A stretch of DNA of 64,000 bases, taken from positions 1,687 to 65,686 of IMG/VR virus record IMGVR_UViG_3300044712_001597; one strand, written 5' to 3'. The stretch comes from a virus. Lineage: Duplodnaviria > Caudoviricetes. Position 1 is the stretch's first letter; each line of letters starts with the position of its first letter. Under the pieces are notes generated by a model. It had not been told where the DNA came from and ran no database searches. It worked only from the letters and a program-made list of their open reading frames with translations. The position numbers and the translations under genes were made by a program. This document shows, in pieces, positions 37,302 to 46,680 of this stretch.

Positions 37302-40300
37302 TTATGGACACGGAAGCAAGGCGGCGACCGCTTGATTAGCAAGACTTTGGGCCACAGAATCCGCATCCGCTTGACTGATTGCTGACCGGTGACTTCGAGT
37401 CGCCGTCGCGGCGGTGAAAGACGAAACGAAAGATCCAAGCTGCGTGATTTTTGCAAAATACGGCGACGGACTCGTGATAACCGTGGTGAAATCGCCGCCA
37501 ATAAACAAGAATCCGCTGTCCGCGATCTCAATTGCCCGCACCGCGCCATTGAGAACGTACAGTCCGGAGTTGAAGGCCGCGTTACGAGAGCCGTTTGAAT
37601 TCAAACGCACCATGCGCTGAACCGCTGCTCCTCCATAAGTCGTAAAAGATCCTCCAACATAGATAGAAGTGTCTACGCAGCGCACCGCATGGACATCCGC
37701 GTTGAATCCGAGTCCGGTGAACGTCCCATCCACAGTTCCAGAAGGATTCAAGCGCACAATGTCAGCTCCCGAAGCAATTCCGTCGGCCGCGAGAACTAAC
37801 TTTCCGTCTGGTTGAACGTCAAACCCGATAGACTCGGACACCGGAAGAGTGAACGAGTACGGGGTAAAAGAAGGATCCGACGATCCGTTAGAAAGCAGGC
37901 GAACGACTTGTCCTCCCGTAGGAGAAACTTTCACCACGGCCACAATTTCTCCGGAAGGTAGAACTGCCAGTTTGAACACTCGTGAGTAGCCAGAAGGTGG
38001 AGTGAAAGCGCCGTCAAGTTGACCAGTGATGCTCAAACGGCAAAGTGCAGAGCTCAACGAAACTCCACCGTAAGAAGTAAAAGATCCTCCTACGAGTACT
38101 TGATTGTCCGGTTGAATCGCCAGACAGAGTCCTTGACGAGTGGATCCAAGACCAGTTCCAGTTTGAAAAGTTGGATCGAACTCGCCAGAAGGAAGAAGAC
38201 GAGCAATTCCTGCGCTGATCGAACCGTTATACTCTGAAAAATCTCCGCACACGACTACCCGGTTTGAAAAGTCAAGAGCCACTGCGCGCACGACGTCGTT
38301 GAAAGCTGTTCCGACGGCGAAAGGAAGCAGCCGAGTTCCGTCTGGATTTCGAGCAGCCACTCGAGCTTGCGAAACAGTGCGGTCGAGGGTGAACTCACCT
38401 CCTAGAATTGCATTATTTCCCGCGCGGTAGGCGATAGAAAGAACGGAGTCGTTGAGCGCCGCCGTGCAACGAGTGTCGGCAATCTTAGTGGCGTCCCAGA
38501 AACAAGGATACTGTGTGCGTAAATAGGCCGCTTGATTCTGAGCAGACTCTGTGGCGGCGGACAGAGCCCGCGCGTCGGCATCCTCTTGCGAGATTTTTGA
38601 GCGGTAGTTTCCTGTGGCCGTCACCACGATCGCTCCGGTCACTGACCCCTCATCGCAAGACAGAGTTTCAGTGAAAGTTTGAGAAGAGGTCCAAACTTGA
38701 CGCGACACGGCCGAGTACAATTGGTCGGACGGAACGAATTTAGGATCCCGATCAAAGGCTTCGCTGGACCCATCCTCGAACACCAGACATGCCTTAGATT
38801 CATCCGGAGTGCATTGGCCATTAGATTTCTCAGGATACGCGCTCAAGAACACTCTCAGGGACTCGAGAGCGGCTTGACCGCACCATCTCACGAGCAAAGA
38901 AAAGGCCTTGTCGATGTTTTCTCGCTCGTGGGCCTCACAAGTACCGCAACCTGCTTGCGAATTTGAAACCTCAGTAGTCAGTCGACGACTCTGCTTGCGC
39001 AAGTCTGAAAAGTCATGATCGTCGCCAGAAGGAAGAAGTATTCCAGCGCTCTCTTTGGAGACCGGGGCGATGATTTTTTGACAATGGATTTGCTTGTAAG
39101 CTCCTCTACGCCCACGGTAGTCGACTCGAACCGACACGTCATCGGCAAGCTCCATGAAATCCAACTGAGCGAATTGAAACTCTTTCAGATCTTGCCCATC
39201 GCCGAGCAAACGAGTTTCAAACTCGCAGAAAATAGGCTGCTGATACTCGGTCAACGTGAAGTCGTCGTCCAGCTCGAAGAAAGAATCTTCACGCTCAGGC
39301 ATGAAAGCTTCCCAGACATGGTTATGACTTCCATCGGACAAAGCTGCATAGTCAACGGAAGCGGCGAAGGCTCGACGGCGTCCTTGGATATTTGCTGAAG
39401 TCCACTGCACAGGACGAATTCCCGTCCACACAGAAGACCAAGCAGGAATCTTATCGGATGTCGACTCAGAAACCGGAGAATAGTCAAGCACGAAAGTCTC
39501 GGCATTGAGACTCTGACGAACGGGCATGGACATCAGCAGATAGTTCTCGAAGCTAAGGCCACAAATTCCTGAGCGGTCTTCACTGAGAAATTGCTTTGAG
39601 AAAGCCATCTCGGCGTCTTTGAAATTGACTTGGCTGGTGAGTTGAGATGACGCGACGGCGTCAGAGGAAACCAATCCTCCCGAACTGTACCACCACATGA
39701 GACCCGCCTGGAAAACGATGCTTCGTCCAGCAATGCAACCGGTAGAAGGAAACAGCATTGACTGAAAATCTTGAGTGAGAGGCCACTGCGACCGATTACG
39801 AATACCCGACCGGAGAATTTCGCTGCGCTCTTCGGTAAACACTACAACGACTTCCGAGCGACTGTCACTCGTGAAGGAAGTCAATCCTGTCACGGGCTGA
39901 CGGAAAGAAAAATCTCCGCGACCTTCTCCCTGCGTTCGCTCGGTAAACTTCAAAGGATCAAGAAGATCGGACGCGATCACCAACTTATCTCGAGCGATCC
40001 ACAAGCGACCCCCAGAAAATGACATCCACGTCCCACGAGGAGTTTCCAACGATGGCGCCGACTCGTCAAGATGCCGAGAAAATTCGCCATCCCAGAAAGC
40101 CGACTGGGATACTCCGTCCTGCATGACGAGAACGTTGTAGGTCGGAACGATTTGAATGGTTGAGTCTGCAAGAGTTTGAACCGTCTTCTCGCAATCGCAA
40201 AAATGAACCATCGGAGCCAACGGATTGAATTTCACGTTGGACAGGCGGAACTGACGCCAATCTCGCGGTTGCGCAAGCGGAAACGGAACTGCGTAGACAT

Positions 40301-40571
40301 AACCATCGACTGCGCAGACCAGATAGTCAACTTCAGTAGAATTCTTGGTGACTCGGAAATGAGTCATTCCTTGGAGATTACCTTCCGGAAGGATGAGCTT
40401 CATCGCGAATCCTGGACGAGTCTGAGCAATTCCGCCGCGATTGACAATGTTGACCGCTCGTTGATACTGACCTTCAGGAAGCAACCAAGGATGACGAACC
40501 GTGTTCATCCCGGCGATCCATCCGGCGTCAACCTTTACCGCTTGGCCTGATTCGATGGTAGGAGACCGCAT
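37302..40571 (-). CDS. Tail nozzle/stabilization protein with C-terminal delta-60 (DUF5122-like) beta-propeller repeats
   Basis: TRPG N-terminal motif; repeats of QPDxxxLVGGSFT..RL...G..D..F; paired SxISQxDAD motifs. Confidence 0.7.
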   Translation of the reverse strand: MRSPTIESGQAVKVDAGWIAGMNTVRHPWLLPEGQYQRAVNIVNRGGIAQTRPGFAMKLILPEGNLQGMTHFRVTKNSTEVDYLVCAVDGYVYAVPFPLAQPRDWRQFRLSNVKFNPLAPMVHFCDCEKTVQTLADSTIQIVPTYNVLVMQDGVSQSAFWDGEFSRHLDESAPSLETPRGTWMSFSGGRLWIARDKLVIASDLLDPLKFTERTQGEGRGDFSFRQPVTGLTSFTSDSRSEVVVVFTEERSEILRSGIRNRSQWPLTQDFQSMLFPSTGCIAGRSIVFQAGLMWWYSSGGLVSSDAVASSQLTSQVNFKDAEMAFSKQFLSEDRSGICGLSFENYLLMSMPVRQSLNAETFVLDYSPVSESTSDKIPAWSSVWTGIRPVQWTSANIQGRRRAFAASVDYAALSDGSHNHVWEAFMPEREDSFFELDDDFTLTEYQQPIFCEFETRLLGDGQDLKEFQFAQLDFMELADDVSVRVDYRGRRGAYKQIHCQKIIAPVSKESAGILLPSGDDHDFSDLRKQSRRLTTEVSNSQAGCGTCEAHERENIDKAFSLLVRWCGQAALESLRVFLSAYPEKSNGQCTPDESKACLVFEDGSSEAFDRDPKFVPSDQLYSAVSRQVWTSSQTFTETLSCDEGSVTGAIVVTATGNYRSKISQEDADARALSAATESAQNQAAYLRTQYPCFWDATKIADTRCTAALNDSVLSIAYRAGNNAILGGEFTLDRTVSQARVAARNPDGTRLLPFAVGTAFNDVVRAVALDFSNRVVVCGDFSEYNGSISAGIARLLPSGEFDPTFQTGTGLGSTRQGLCLAIQPDNQVLVGGSFTSYGGVSLSSALCRLSITGQLDGAFTPPSGYSRVFKLAVLPSGEIVAVVKVSPTGGQVVRLLSNGSSDPSFTPYSFTLPVSESIGFDVQPDGKLVLAADGIASGADIVRLNPSGTVDGTFTGLGFNADVHAVRCVDTSIYVGGSFTTYGGAAVQRMVRLNSNGSRNAAFNSGLYVLNGAVRAIEIADSGFLFIGGDFTTVITSPSPYFAKITQLGSFVSSFTAATATRSHRSAISQADADSVAQSLANQAVAALLPCP

Positions 40572-40582
40572 GTCTTAAGAAG

Positions 40583-43537
40583 TTAGTCCATCCAGTCGGA
40601 TGGATTGGTTGTGACGTCTTCGTTGATCTGCAACGGAACGGTTCTCGGACCGTCAATGGCTCGATTTCGCTTGTTGAGATAATCAACAGCCTGCACGCGA
40701 TACCGTTCTGCCTCGTCGTAAAAGTTCTTGAACAGAAGATCCTGAGACTTCACCATCATCACTACGGCCATGATCGAGTCAAGGTTGATGAAGTCTCGCT
40801 CAGACAAAGACGAAGAAGCCCGTGCTCGGTAGCGCATGCGAATGGCCTTGGCGTTATTCGCAACTTGAATCCGACGATAAGACGAAGTGGTCTCGAGCGG
40901 ACGCATGTCTGCGATAAGCGTGAGATTGTCGCTGCGCTGAGTATCCCACGCATAAACTCGCACATCGCCCGAGGAACTTGGCTTCTCAACCCGGTCGACG
41001 GAGGCTACGCTGATCCACGGTCGAAGATGCGTTAGTCTCAGAATTCCAACTCCCGTCGAAGTCAAAGACACTCTCCCCGTAGTGGAAGGAGAATTCAGAG
41101 CTTGGCTTTGACTGGCGTAGAGCTCAACTTCAGATATCGAAATCGGGCGCACGAAGTAGTCGGTAGAAACTTGCAGCGGAGTGCTGAGCGTGTCCGTAGA
41201 CTCGACTTGAATCTTGTCTCCCGCTTGGAAATGGTGCTGCGTAATTTCGAGCGAGGTCGAAGGAGAAACCGCAAAGTCGCGAGAAATTTGAAGAGTGTGA
41301 AGTCCACTTCCAACGGTCGTAAAGTCGATAGGAGTTCCAGCAGAGTAGACCTGCAGCTTACCGTCGACCAGCGCAATTTCGTAGTCCGTGTTGGCGACAA
41401 GCGGAGCAGGTAGAGTTCCGGTGGTGCTAAACTTCGCAGAAGTAAAGTTCTCAATGAACCCCGGAACATCGAGCGTGAGTAAGCTGTCTCGCGGAATAGC
41501 CGACACCGCTTTCTCCGTTGAGAGGAAAAGATCGCCGGCTCCAAGAGCTACCGCAGAAAGTCGTCCGGTAGTTGACAACAGATTTGTCGCGTTGGACAAA
41601 GTGTCGTAGATTTCGACGAGCGAAGAAGACAGTTTGCGCAAGTAATACAGCGTGGTTCCGTCAACTGGAGGAGAGACGGTCGGGAACGCTCCTTGCGTGT
41701 AAAACCTCACTGCTTGTCCGGTTGAATACGAAGCTGTGTCGGTCTTCCACTGAGGCTGAAACCCGACAGAAAACGAGCGACTTACCACTAAGAAAAGTTG
41801 CCCTGATCCAAGTGAAGTGAGATTGATCGCTTCCGGCGTAGTGGAATTCAGCGTGAAGGACGTCGCGGACATCGGGGCTTCGGCTCGATAAACGGTTCCT
41901 TGAGCCGTAGGAGCTGGAAGAGATCCATTCGTGGTCAGCGTGACGAAACTTCCGCCGGCCGCGATGATTTGAACCGCAGGAGCAGAAGTGTACCCCGTTC
42001 CTCCAGTGACGACTTGGATGGACGTTACAACTCCACCAGAGACGATCGCTTGGGCTGTAGCTCCGGTCCCTCCTCCGCCGGTCAACCGGACGATAGGAGC
42101 GGCGACGTACCCGGATCCTCCTCGGGTTACTGCAATGCTTGAAACAGAACCTGTCGTAAGCGCGGCGGTGGCAGTCGCACCGGTTCCGGCAGGCGTACTC
42201 AAGTTGTGAGGCAAAGCCGTGGTGATGTTGTTGACATTGCCGAGCGCGACAAAGGCTGGTATCGTCTTCACCAGCGAGCTTGTTCCGGATCCCACCGTTG
42301 TCAAGGTGATAGAATTAGCGCCGGTGAAAGCGTCATCCAGAGTGGAGTGAATCGTCACGGACTGCGGAGTCACCACTCGCACGTAGTAAGTGCTTCCTGC
42401 TACGAGCGGAGCCGGAATCTCTCCTCCCGCATTCGCCGCGGTGACAGCGTCTCCTGTCAAAAAGTTGTGAGGAACTTGAAAGTTCAACGAGGTCACTGGA
42501 GTAACAACCTTGAGAGCTCGGACTTTGAGATCGACTCCCGGCTCGTAAACGTCAATCGCGTTCGACGACGCAGATGCCGATTCTTGCGACTCATAGATTG
42601 AAAACTTGTCTGGCCCGTTTACTCGAGCCACATAAGTCGAGTTAGACGAGAGAGGAGAAGGAACTTGCGTGCCAAGAAACGTCACCAACCCAAAATCGAC
42701 CAGCTCGCTGGAACCGGTTGTTTGAAACTGAGTTCGAGTTTTAACCGAACGCTTGTCCACGAACTCAAGAACCGATGCCGGCATCGTCGTGAGCTGAATC
42801 GCGCCTTGATTCGTGCGGGCGTCTAGACGAGAAACATGGAGCGACACACGGTCAGCGTCGACTGCTCGAATAAAGTACCGCGAGCCATTAACTAAGGGAA
42901 GAGGAATCGACCCGGACTTTAGAGCGACTTGAACTTCGGCACCGGTAGCGAGACCGTGCGCTGAGCTGCTAAACTCAAAGACGGGAGAAACCCTGAACTG
43001 TCGAACAAACTTGCGAGTTGTCGGAGCAGAATTCGGAAAAACCGTCTGAACAGGAAAAAGAATACCATCAATCCAAGTTCCGTCTTCAAGCTGATCCCGA
43101 AGAATGCGGCCATTAGAATCCTTACCTAGCGCCCTCAAAATCACGCTGGCGTCAACGGGGATGGCCGCAACAGCGAATAAAGGACCTGCCTCGATGATAT
43201 CTTGAAAGCTTCCTGAGACTCCGCGATCGTCCCACGCCCAGCGAACGACTTGAGAGTCTAAAAGACCCTCGCCGTTGAGATGGTAGCGATAAAACTCATC
43301 GCGCATGAAAGCTGGAATTCCAGCAACCGAAACCGCCAAAGGAGTTTCCACCTCGCTTGGAAGCGAAACATGGCCATTCTCATCGGCGGCTTGAATGTCT
43401 AGGCCGCCAATGTTCGCGTTCCAGTCTCCTTCGTCTTGGAGAGCTTGAACGGCCAAAGCGATTCGCTGAAGAGCAAAAGACTTGTCGCAGCGCCCAAGAA
43501 CTTCGACTGCGTGAGGCAGTAACTCCGAGACAAACAC
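40583..43537 (-). CDS. Tail adaptor/tubular protein with inserted repeats
   Basis: Repeated H.F.TGD.V...G.LP.PL..GTTYYVR modules and a GGSGYxxAP repeat inside an adaptor-like frame. Confidence 0.6.
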   Translation of the reverse strand: MFVSELLPHAVEVLGRCDKSFALQRIALAVQALQDEGDWNANIGGLDIQAADENGHVSLPSEVETPLAVSVAGIPAFMRDEFYRYHLNGEGLLDSQVVRWAWDDRGVSGSFQDIIEAGPLFAVAAIPVDASVILRALGKDSNGRILRDQLEDGTWIDGILFPVQTVFPNSAPTTRKFVRQFRVSPVFEFSSSAHGLATGAEVQVALKSGSIPLPLVNGSRYFIRAVDADRVSLHVSRLDARTNQGAIQLTTMPASVLEFVDKRSVKTRTQFQTTGSSELVDFGLVTFLGTQVPSPLSSNSTYVARVNGPDKFSIYESQESASASSNAIDVYEPGVDLKVRALKVVTPVTSLNFQVPHNFLTGDAVTAANAGGEIPAPLVAGSTYYVRVVTPQSVTIHSTLDDAFTGANSITLTTVGSGTSSLVKTIPAFVALGNVNNITTALPHNLSTPAGTGATATAALTTGSVSSIAVTRGGSGYVAAPIVRLTGGGGTGATAQAIVSGGVVTSIQVVTGGTGYTSAPAVQIIAAGGSFVTLTTNGSLPAPTAQGTVYRAEAPMSATSFTLNSTTPEAINLTSLGSGQLFLVVSRSFSVGFQPQWKTDTASYSTGQAVRFYTQGAFPTVSPPVDGTTLYYLRKLSSSLVEIYDTLSNATNLLSTTGRLSAVALGAGDLFLSTEKAVSAIPRDSLLTLDVPGFIENFTSAKFSTTGTLPAPLVANTDYEIALVDGKLQVYSAGTPIDFTTVGSGLHTLQISRDFAVSPSTSLEITQHHFQAGDKIQVESTDTLSTPLQVSTDYFVRPISISEVELYASQSQALNSPSTTGRVSLTSTGVGILRLTHLRPWISVASVDRVEKPSSSGDVRVYAWDTQRSDNLTLIADMRPLETTSSYRRIQVANNAKAIRMRYRARASSSLSERDFINLDSIMAVVMMVKSQDLLFKNFYDEAERYRVQAVDYLNKRNRAIDGPRTVPLQINEDVTTNPSDWMD

Positions 43538-43540
43538 GTG

Positions 43541-43819
43541 CTATCCTCCCATGTTGGCAGCAGAAAGCGTAGAAAGCTCATCGCCGAATCCGGCGAGCGG
43601 ATCCGAAGAACCAACCAGTTGACTCATTTTCTCATCAGCCGCTGCCGACTTTTCTTGCGCCTTGATTGTTGCGTCGGCGGCGTCGAGAGACTGACCAAAA
43701 GCTTTGACAAACTGCCGAGCCAAATCCAGGGTCTCTCGAGGAAGCTCGATAGACACCATGTCTTGTTGTACTGGAGCAGAAGGAGGAACAGCGCCAAGAG
43801 CGGAAAGAGTAGGATTCAT
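43541..43819 (-). CDS. Hypothetical protein
   Basis: Operon packing. Confidence 0.55.
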   Translation of the reverse strand: MNPTLSALGAVPPSAPVQQDMVSIELPRETLDLARQFVKAFGQSLDAADATIKAQEKSAAADEKMSQLVGSSDPLAGFGDELSTLSAANMGG

Positions 43820-43825
43820 AGGTGC

Positions 43826-44197
43826 TTAGTCTTCAGATTCTTCAGACTCTTCCGATTTGAGACCTGCTTCAATGGCCTTCATCGCCGAGTCGAGGTCGCC
43901 TGATTTGCTTGACGAAGTTTCCTTAGATGAGGAGAGCGGAGAAAGACTGTGAACCTCCAGATCCAAGCGACAGGACTTTTCGCCGTTGCGGTCAGTGACG
44001 GCTCGCTCAGTCACTTTGAACTTGATGATTGCTTCACCTTCATCCGGAAGATCAATGACTTCTTTCAGGTTTCCCATGTAGAGCGACGGATAGTGCATCT
44101 TCGGCTTCTCAGAAGACTCCGACTCTTTGTCTGGGCTGGACGCCAAGGCCGTTGGCTCGTCGTAAGTATATCCAAGGTCGTATGATTTAGTTTCCAT
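43826..44197 (-). CDS. Hypothetical acidic protein
   Basis: ATG at 44197; HYPSLY motif. Confidence 0.6.
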   Translation of the reverse strand: METKSYDLGYTYDEPTALASSPDKESESSEKPKMHYPSLYMGNLKEVIDLPDEGEAIIKFKVTERAVTDRNGEKSCRLDLEVHSLSPLSSSKETSSSKSGDLDSAMKAIEAGLKSEESEESED

Positions 44198-44274
44198 GGG
44201 TTTATAGATACTCCAGATTGACAAGGTTGAACACTAGCAAAATCTCGCGATAAGAAAAAGTTGAATTTGCGCAG

Positions 44275-44703
44275 TCACCAGTTTGCAGGGTAACCCCGGC
44301 CGTCGACATGAACAAAGGTCGGATAAGTTCCAATCCCTCCAGAAAAAACGCCTTGCTGCCGGAAGCGGCGAAGCACGTCGCGCCACTCGCGAGGCGTCCC
44401 CTTCGCACACCGAAAGTCGCAGGCCATGAAGCGCATGTGGAAAGAGTTTTTCTCCCCGCCAATCGCTCGGTTGTAGGCCGGAGCGCGGTAAATCGAGAGC
44501 AGCGTCACCGGAGCGCCGACCTCGTCGCGAAATCTGTCTAGTGTGCGCAGCGCCGGGAGAATGTTCAGCCACAACTCCTCGGGCGGGTCGGTGTTCAATC
44601 GAAGCCGCTCGTCGCTGGCTCCCCGGAATAACACCTCGTGCGCCTTGAAATGGCGTATCTTGTTCTCATCGAGAAACGCTTGGAACTTTTGCTCGGTATT
44701 CAT
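44275..44703 (-). CDS. Endolysin, peptidase M15 family
   Basis: SIYRAPAYNRAIGG..SFHM..ACD...GIGTYPTFVHVD. Confidence 0.9.
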   Translation of the reverse strand: MNTEQKFQAFLDENKIRHFKAHEVLFRGASDERLRLNTDPPEELWLNILPALRTLDRFRDEVGAPVTLLSIYRAPAYNRAIGGEKNSFHMRFMACDFRCAKGTPREWRDVLRRFRQQGVFSGGIGTYPTFVHVDGRGYPANW

Positions 44704-45305
44704 TTCGCGGGATGGGTGACAAGCCAAAATGTGCCGTCGTAGCACTTCTCAGAGAACCAAGAGTTGTGGTCGTGGTTAGAAGGGATTGTGCGAAGCTTTG
44801 AGTAGACGGACGAGTCGACGTTCTTCGGTCCAGTATAGCCGAGCCTGCCGTAACCGAGAAAAGAACCGATCTTGGCGATTGTGCGAAGCACGCAATCTCT
44901 CGCTCCAGTGTAGACGTGAATCGTGCCCACTTTTCCGTCCCGAAGAGCTTGGTTCCAGCCTCCGCGTTCAAAGTCTTCATCAGTCGCTCCGGCGATCAAA
45001 TGTACTTCGCTGACGACACAGCCGAGATGCGAGAGCGCCTGCCGGATGACTTCGCATCCGTTGCTGTGGCCAACGAGAACAGGCGTGTAGCCCTGCTCGA
45101 AAGCCCGGTGCGCGAGGCTCGCGACGTAGCGTGCGCGTTCGTCCTGCCTCGACTTCGGCGTGATCGCGAGAGCCAAGTAGCGGAACTCCTCGGCCTTGGA
45201 ATCCGTCTTGAGATTGATGTCGCTCGCCATCTTGACGGACCAGTTCGACCAGTCCTTCGGATTGGTTCGGATGCCGGGAAGCAGGATGTAGTAGCGGGCG
45301 CTCAT
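44700..45305 (-). CDS. Alpha/beta hydrolase
   Basis: LLPGI, GHSNG nucleophile elbow, D and H (DHNSWF). Confidence 0.8.
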   Translation of the reverse strand: MSARYYILLPGIRTNPKDWSNWSVKMASDINLKTDSKAEEFRYLALAITPKSRQDERARYVASLAHRAFEQGYTPVLVGHSNGCEVIRQALSHLGCVVSEVHLIAGATDEDFERGGWNQALRDGKVGTIHVYTGARDCVLRTIAKIGSFLGYGRLGYTGPKNVDSSVYSKLRTIPSNHDHNSWFSEKCYDGTFWLVTHPAK

Positions 45306-45457
45306 TGCTTGTCAGGAAGGAAGGTCGGGCCTTGGTTCCAGTCGATCTCCGGGGCCTTGTAATACGCGCCCACCGTGCCGTAGCGCCCTCGGTCGCCGAG
45401 AGGCATCTCGCACGTTACGAGGAGCAGGCAGCACACGGTTAAAGCGGCGAGCTTCAT
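45302..45457 (-). CDS. Small lipoprotein, o-spanin candidate
   Basis: MKLAALTVCCLLLVTC lipobox-like start; 51 aa; overlaps both neighbours; below the ORF-track size cutoff. Confidence 0.5.
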   Translation of the reverse strand: MKLAALTVCCLLLVTCEMPLGDRGRYGTVGAYYKAPEIDWNQGPTFLPDKQ

Positions 45458-45762
45458 CGGTCTTCGGCAATTCTGCGTTTGACTTCAACCTGCGTCTCGA
45501 CGGCTTTGGTGAGTTCGCGGATCGCGGCGGCGTTCTCGGCTTGGACTGCGGCCATGCGCTCAAAAGCGACAATGACGCGGTCGTTGAGTTCGCTCATGTC
45601 CTCATAGACCTTCGCCGTCCCGATCAATGCGACCGCCGCAACGATGACGCCGACGCCCCACCGACCAGCAGCCCACAGCAAGAGCCCCGCGATGGTATTG
45701 GGAACAACGACCTCTTGAGGAGTATCTCGGTTTGCAATGGCGTGTAGTTCTTCTCGGCTCAT
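45454..45762 (-). CDS. Membrane protein (holin or i-spanin candidate)
   Basis: TM segment followed by coiled coil; within lysis cluster. Confidence 0.5.
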   Translation of the reverse strand: MSREELHAIANRDTPQEVVVPNTIAGLLLWAAGRWGVGVIVAAVALIGTAKVYEDMSELNDRVIVAFERMAAVQAENAAAIRELTKAVETQVEVKRRIAEDR

Positions 45763-46106
45763 GGGTAGAATGCGTCGTCGAGGTGCTCGCGGGACCGCGT
45801 GGCATTCAGCCAAGCGCGGGCCGTAGACATTGGGTCGCTCCAATCTGCGAGAAGCAGACGGTTGCTTTTCCAGTAAGAATCCCAGCCCCACAGGGAACCG
45901 CTAGAAAGCCGGTAAGTCGCGATTGCGTGCCCGCGCTCCGGCGTCTGGAAACTCAAAACTCTCGACGGGATGCGGTACTCTTGCAACCCGGCCACCATCG
46001 CCTCGGCCTCGGGCAAACAGGCGTTCTTGTAGCGGCCAGCAAAAGCGGGCTCAGGAACCCGTGCAGCACACCCGGTCAGCAAGAGAGCGAGTAGCATCCA
46101 CTTCAT
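45759..46106 (-). CDS. Lipoprotein with Cys-His-Asp pattern
   Basis: LLLTGC lipobox; NAC...GHA...WD. Confidence 0.6.
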   Translation of the reverse strand: MKWMLLALLLTGCAARVPEPAFAGRYKNACLPEAEAMVAGLQEYRIPSRVLSFQTPERGHAIATYRLSSGSLWGWDSYWKSNRLLLADWSDPMSTARAWLNATRSREHLDDAFYP

Positions 46107-46675
46107 ACGGCCTCGACTTCTTCAACGGTTGTGGCAGCGGCCAAGTTGGCGGCGCGGATGACGAAGGGGGCAAGCGCAGCGACGAGGGCGGCTTGGGTCG
46201 CAGCGAGCGGCTCGGGAACTAAGCAGGTTTCTACGATTAGCTTTGCCTTCGCGATGTCCCCGATCTTCGCGGCTTCGTCGCTTGCGTCGAGCACAGGCTT
46301 GAACTGAGCCTGCACGCCAAGCGGAAGTTGAGAGAAGATCGCGAGCGTTGCGGCGCGGCCTTCGAGGTAGAGCTTGCGGGCCTTGGCTTGTTTGGCCTGC
46401 GCGACGATCTCGGCGACGTGGGACTCGATGTCTGAGGGCCATGCTCGCTCGCTTGCGGTGTCGGGGCCGTGGTTGCGCACGCGCACGATCCGGCAGCCAC
46501 CGACGTTGAGTGTGCCTACGACGCGGAAACCGGGGCCAGCGGGCGCGACGTAGGTGACGACCGAGACGGTCTGGTTCGCGTTGCCGCCGACTGCCTGCGG
46601 GGCTTGCTTTTGCGGGTTTGCGAGCGCGGCTTGGTAAGCCGCGTCGATGGCTGCGTTGATTGCGGTAAGGTCCAT
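46103..46675 (-). CDS. Putative tail fibre assembly/hypothetical protein
   Basis: Follows the fibre gene; AATTVEEVEAV C-terminus resembles fibre chaperones. Confidence 0.5.
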   Translation of the reverse strand: MDLTAINAAIDAAYQAALANPQKQAPQAVGGNANQTVSVVTYVAPAGPGFRVVGTLNVGGCRIVRVRNHGPDTASERAWPSDIESHVAEIVAQAKQAKARKLYLEGRAATLAIFSQLPLGVQAQFKPVLDASDEAAKIGDIAKAKLIVETCLVPEPLAATQAALVAALAPFVIRAANLAAATTVEEVEAV

Positions 46676-46680
46676 AAGAA

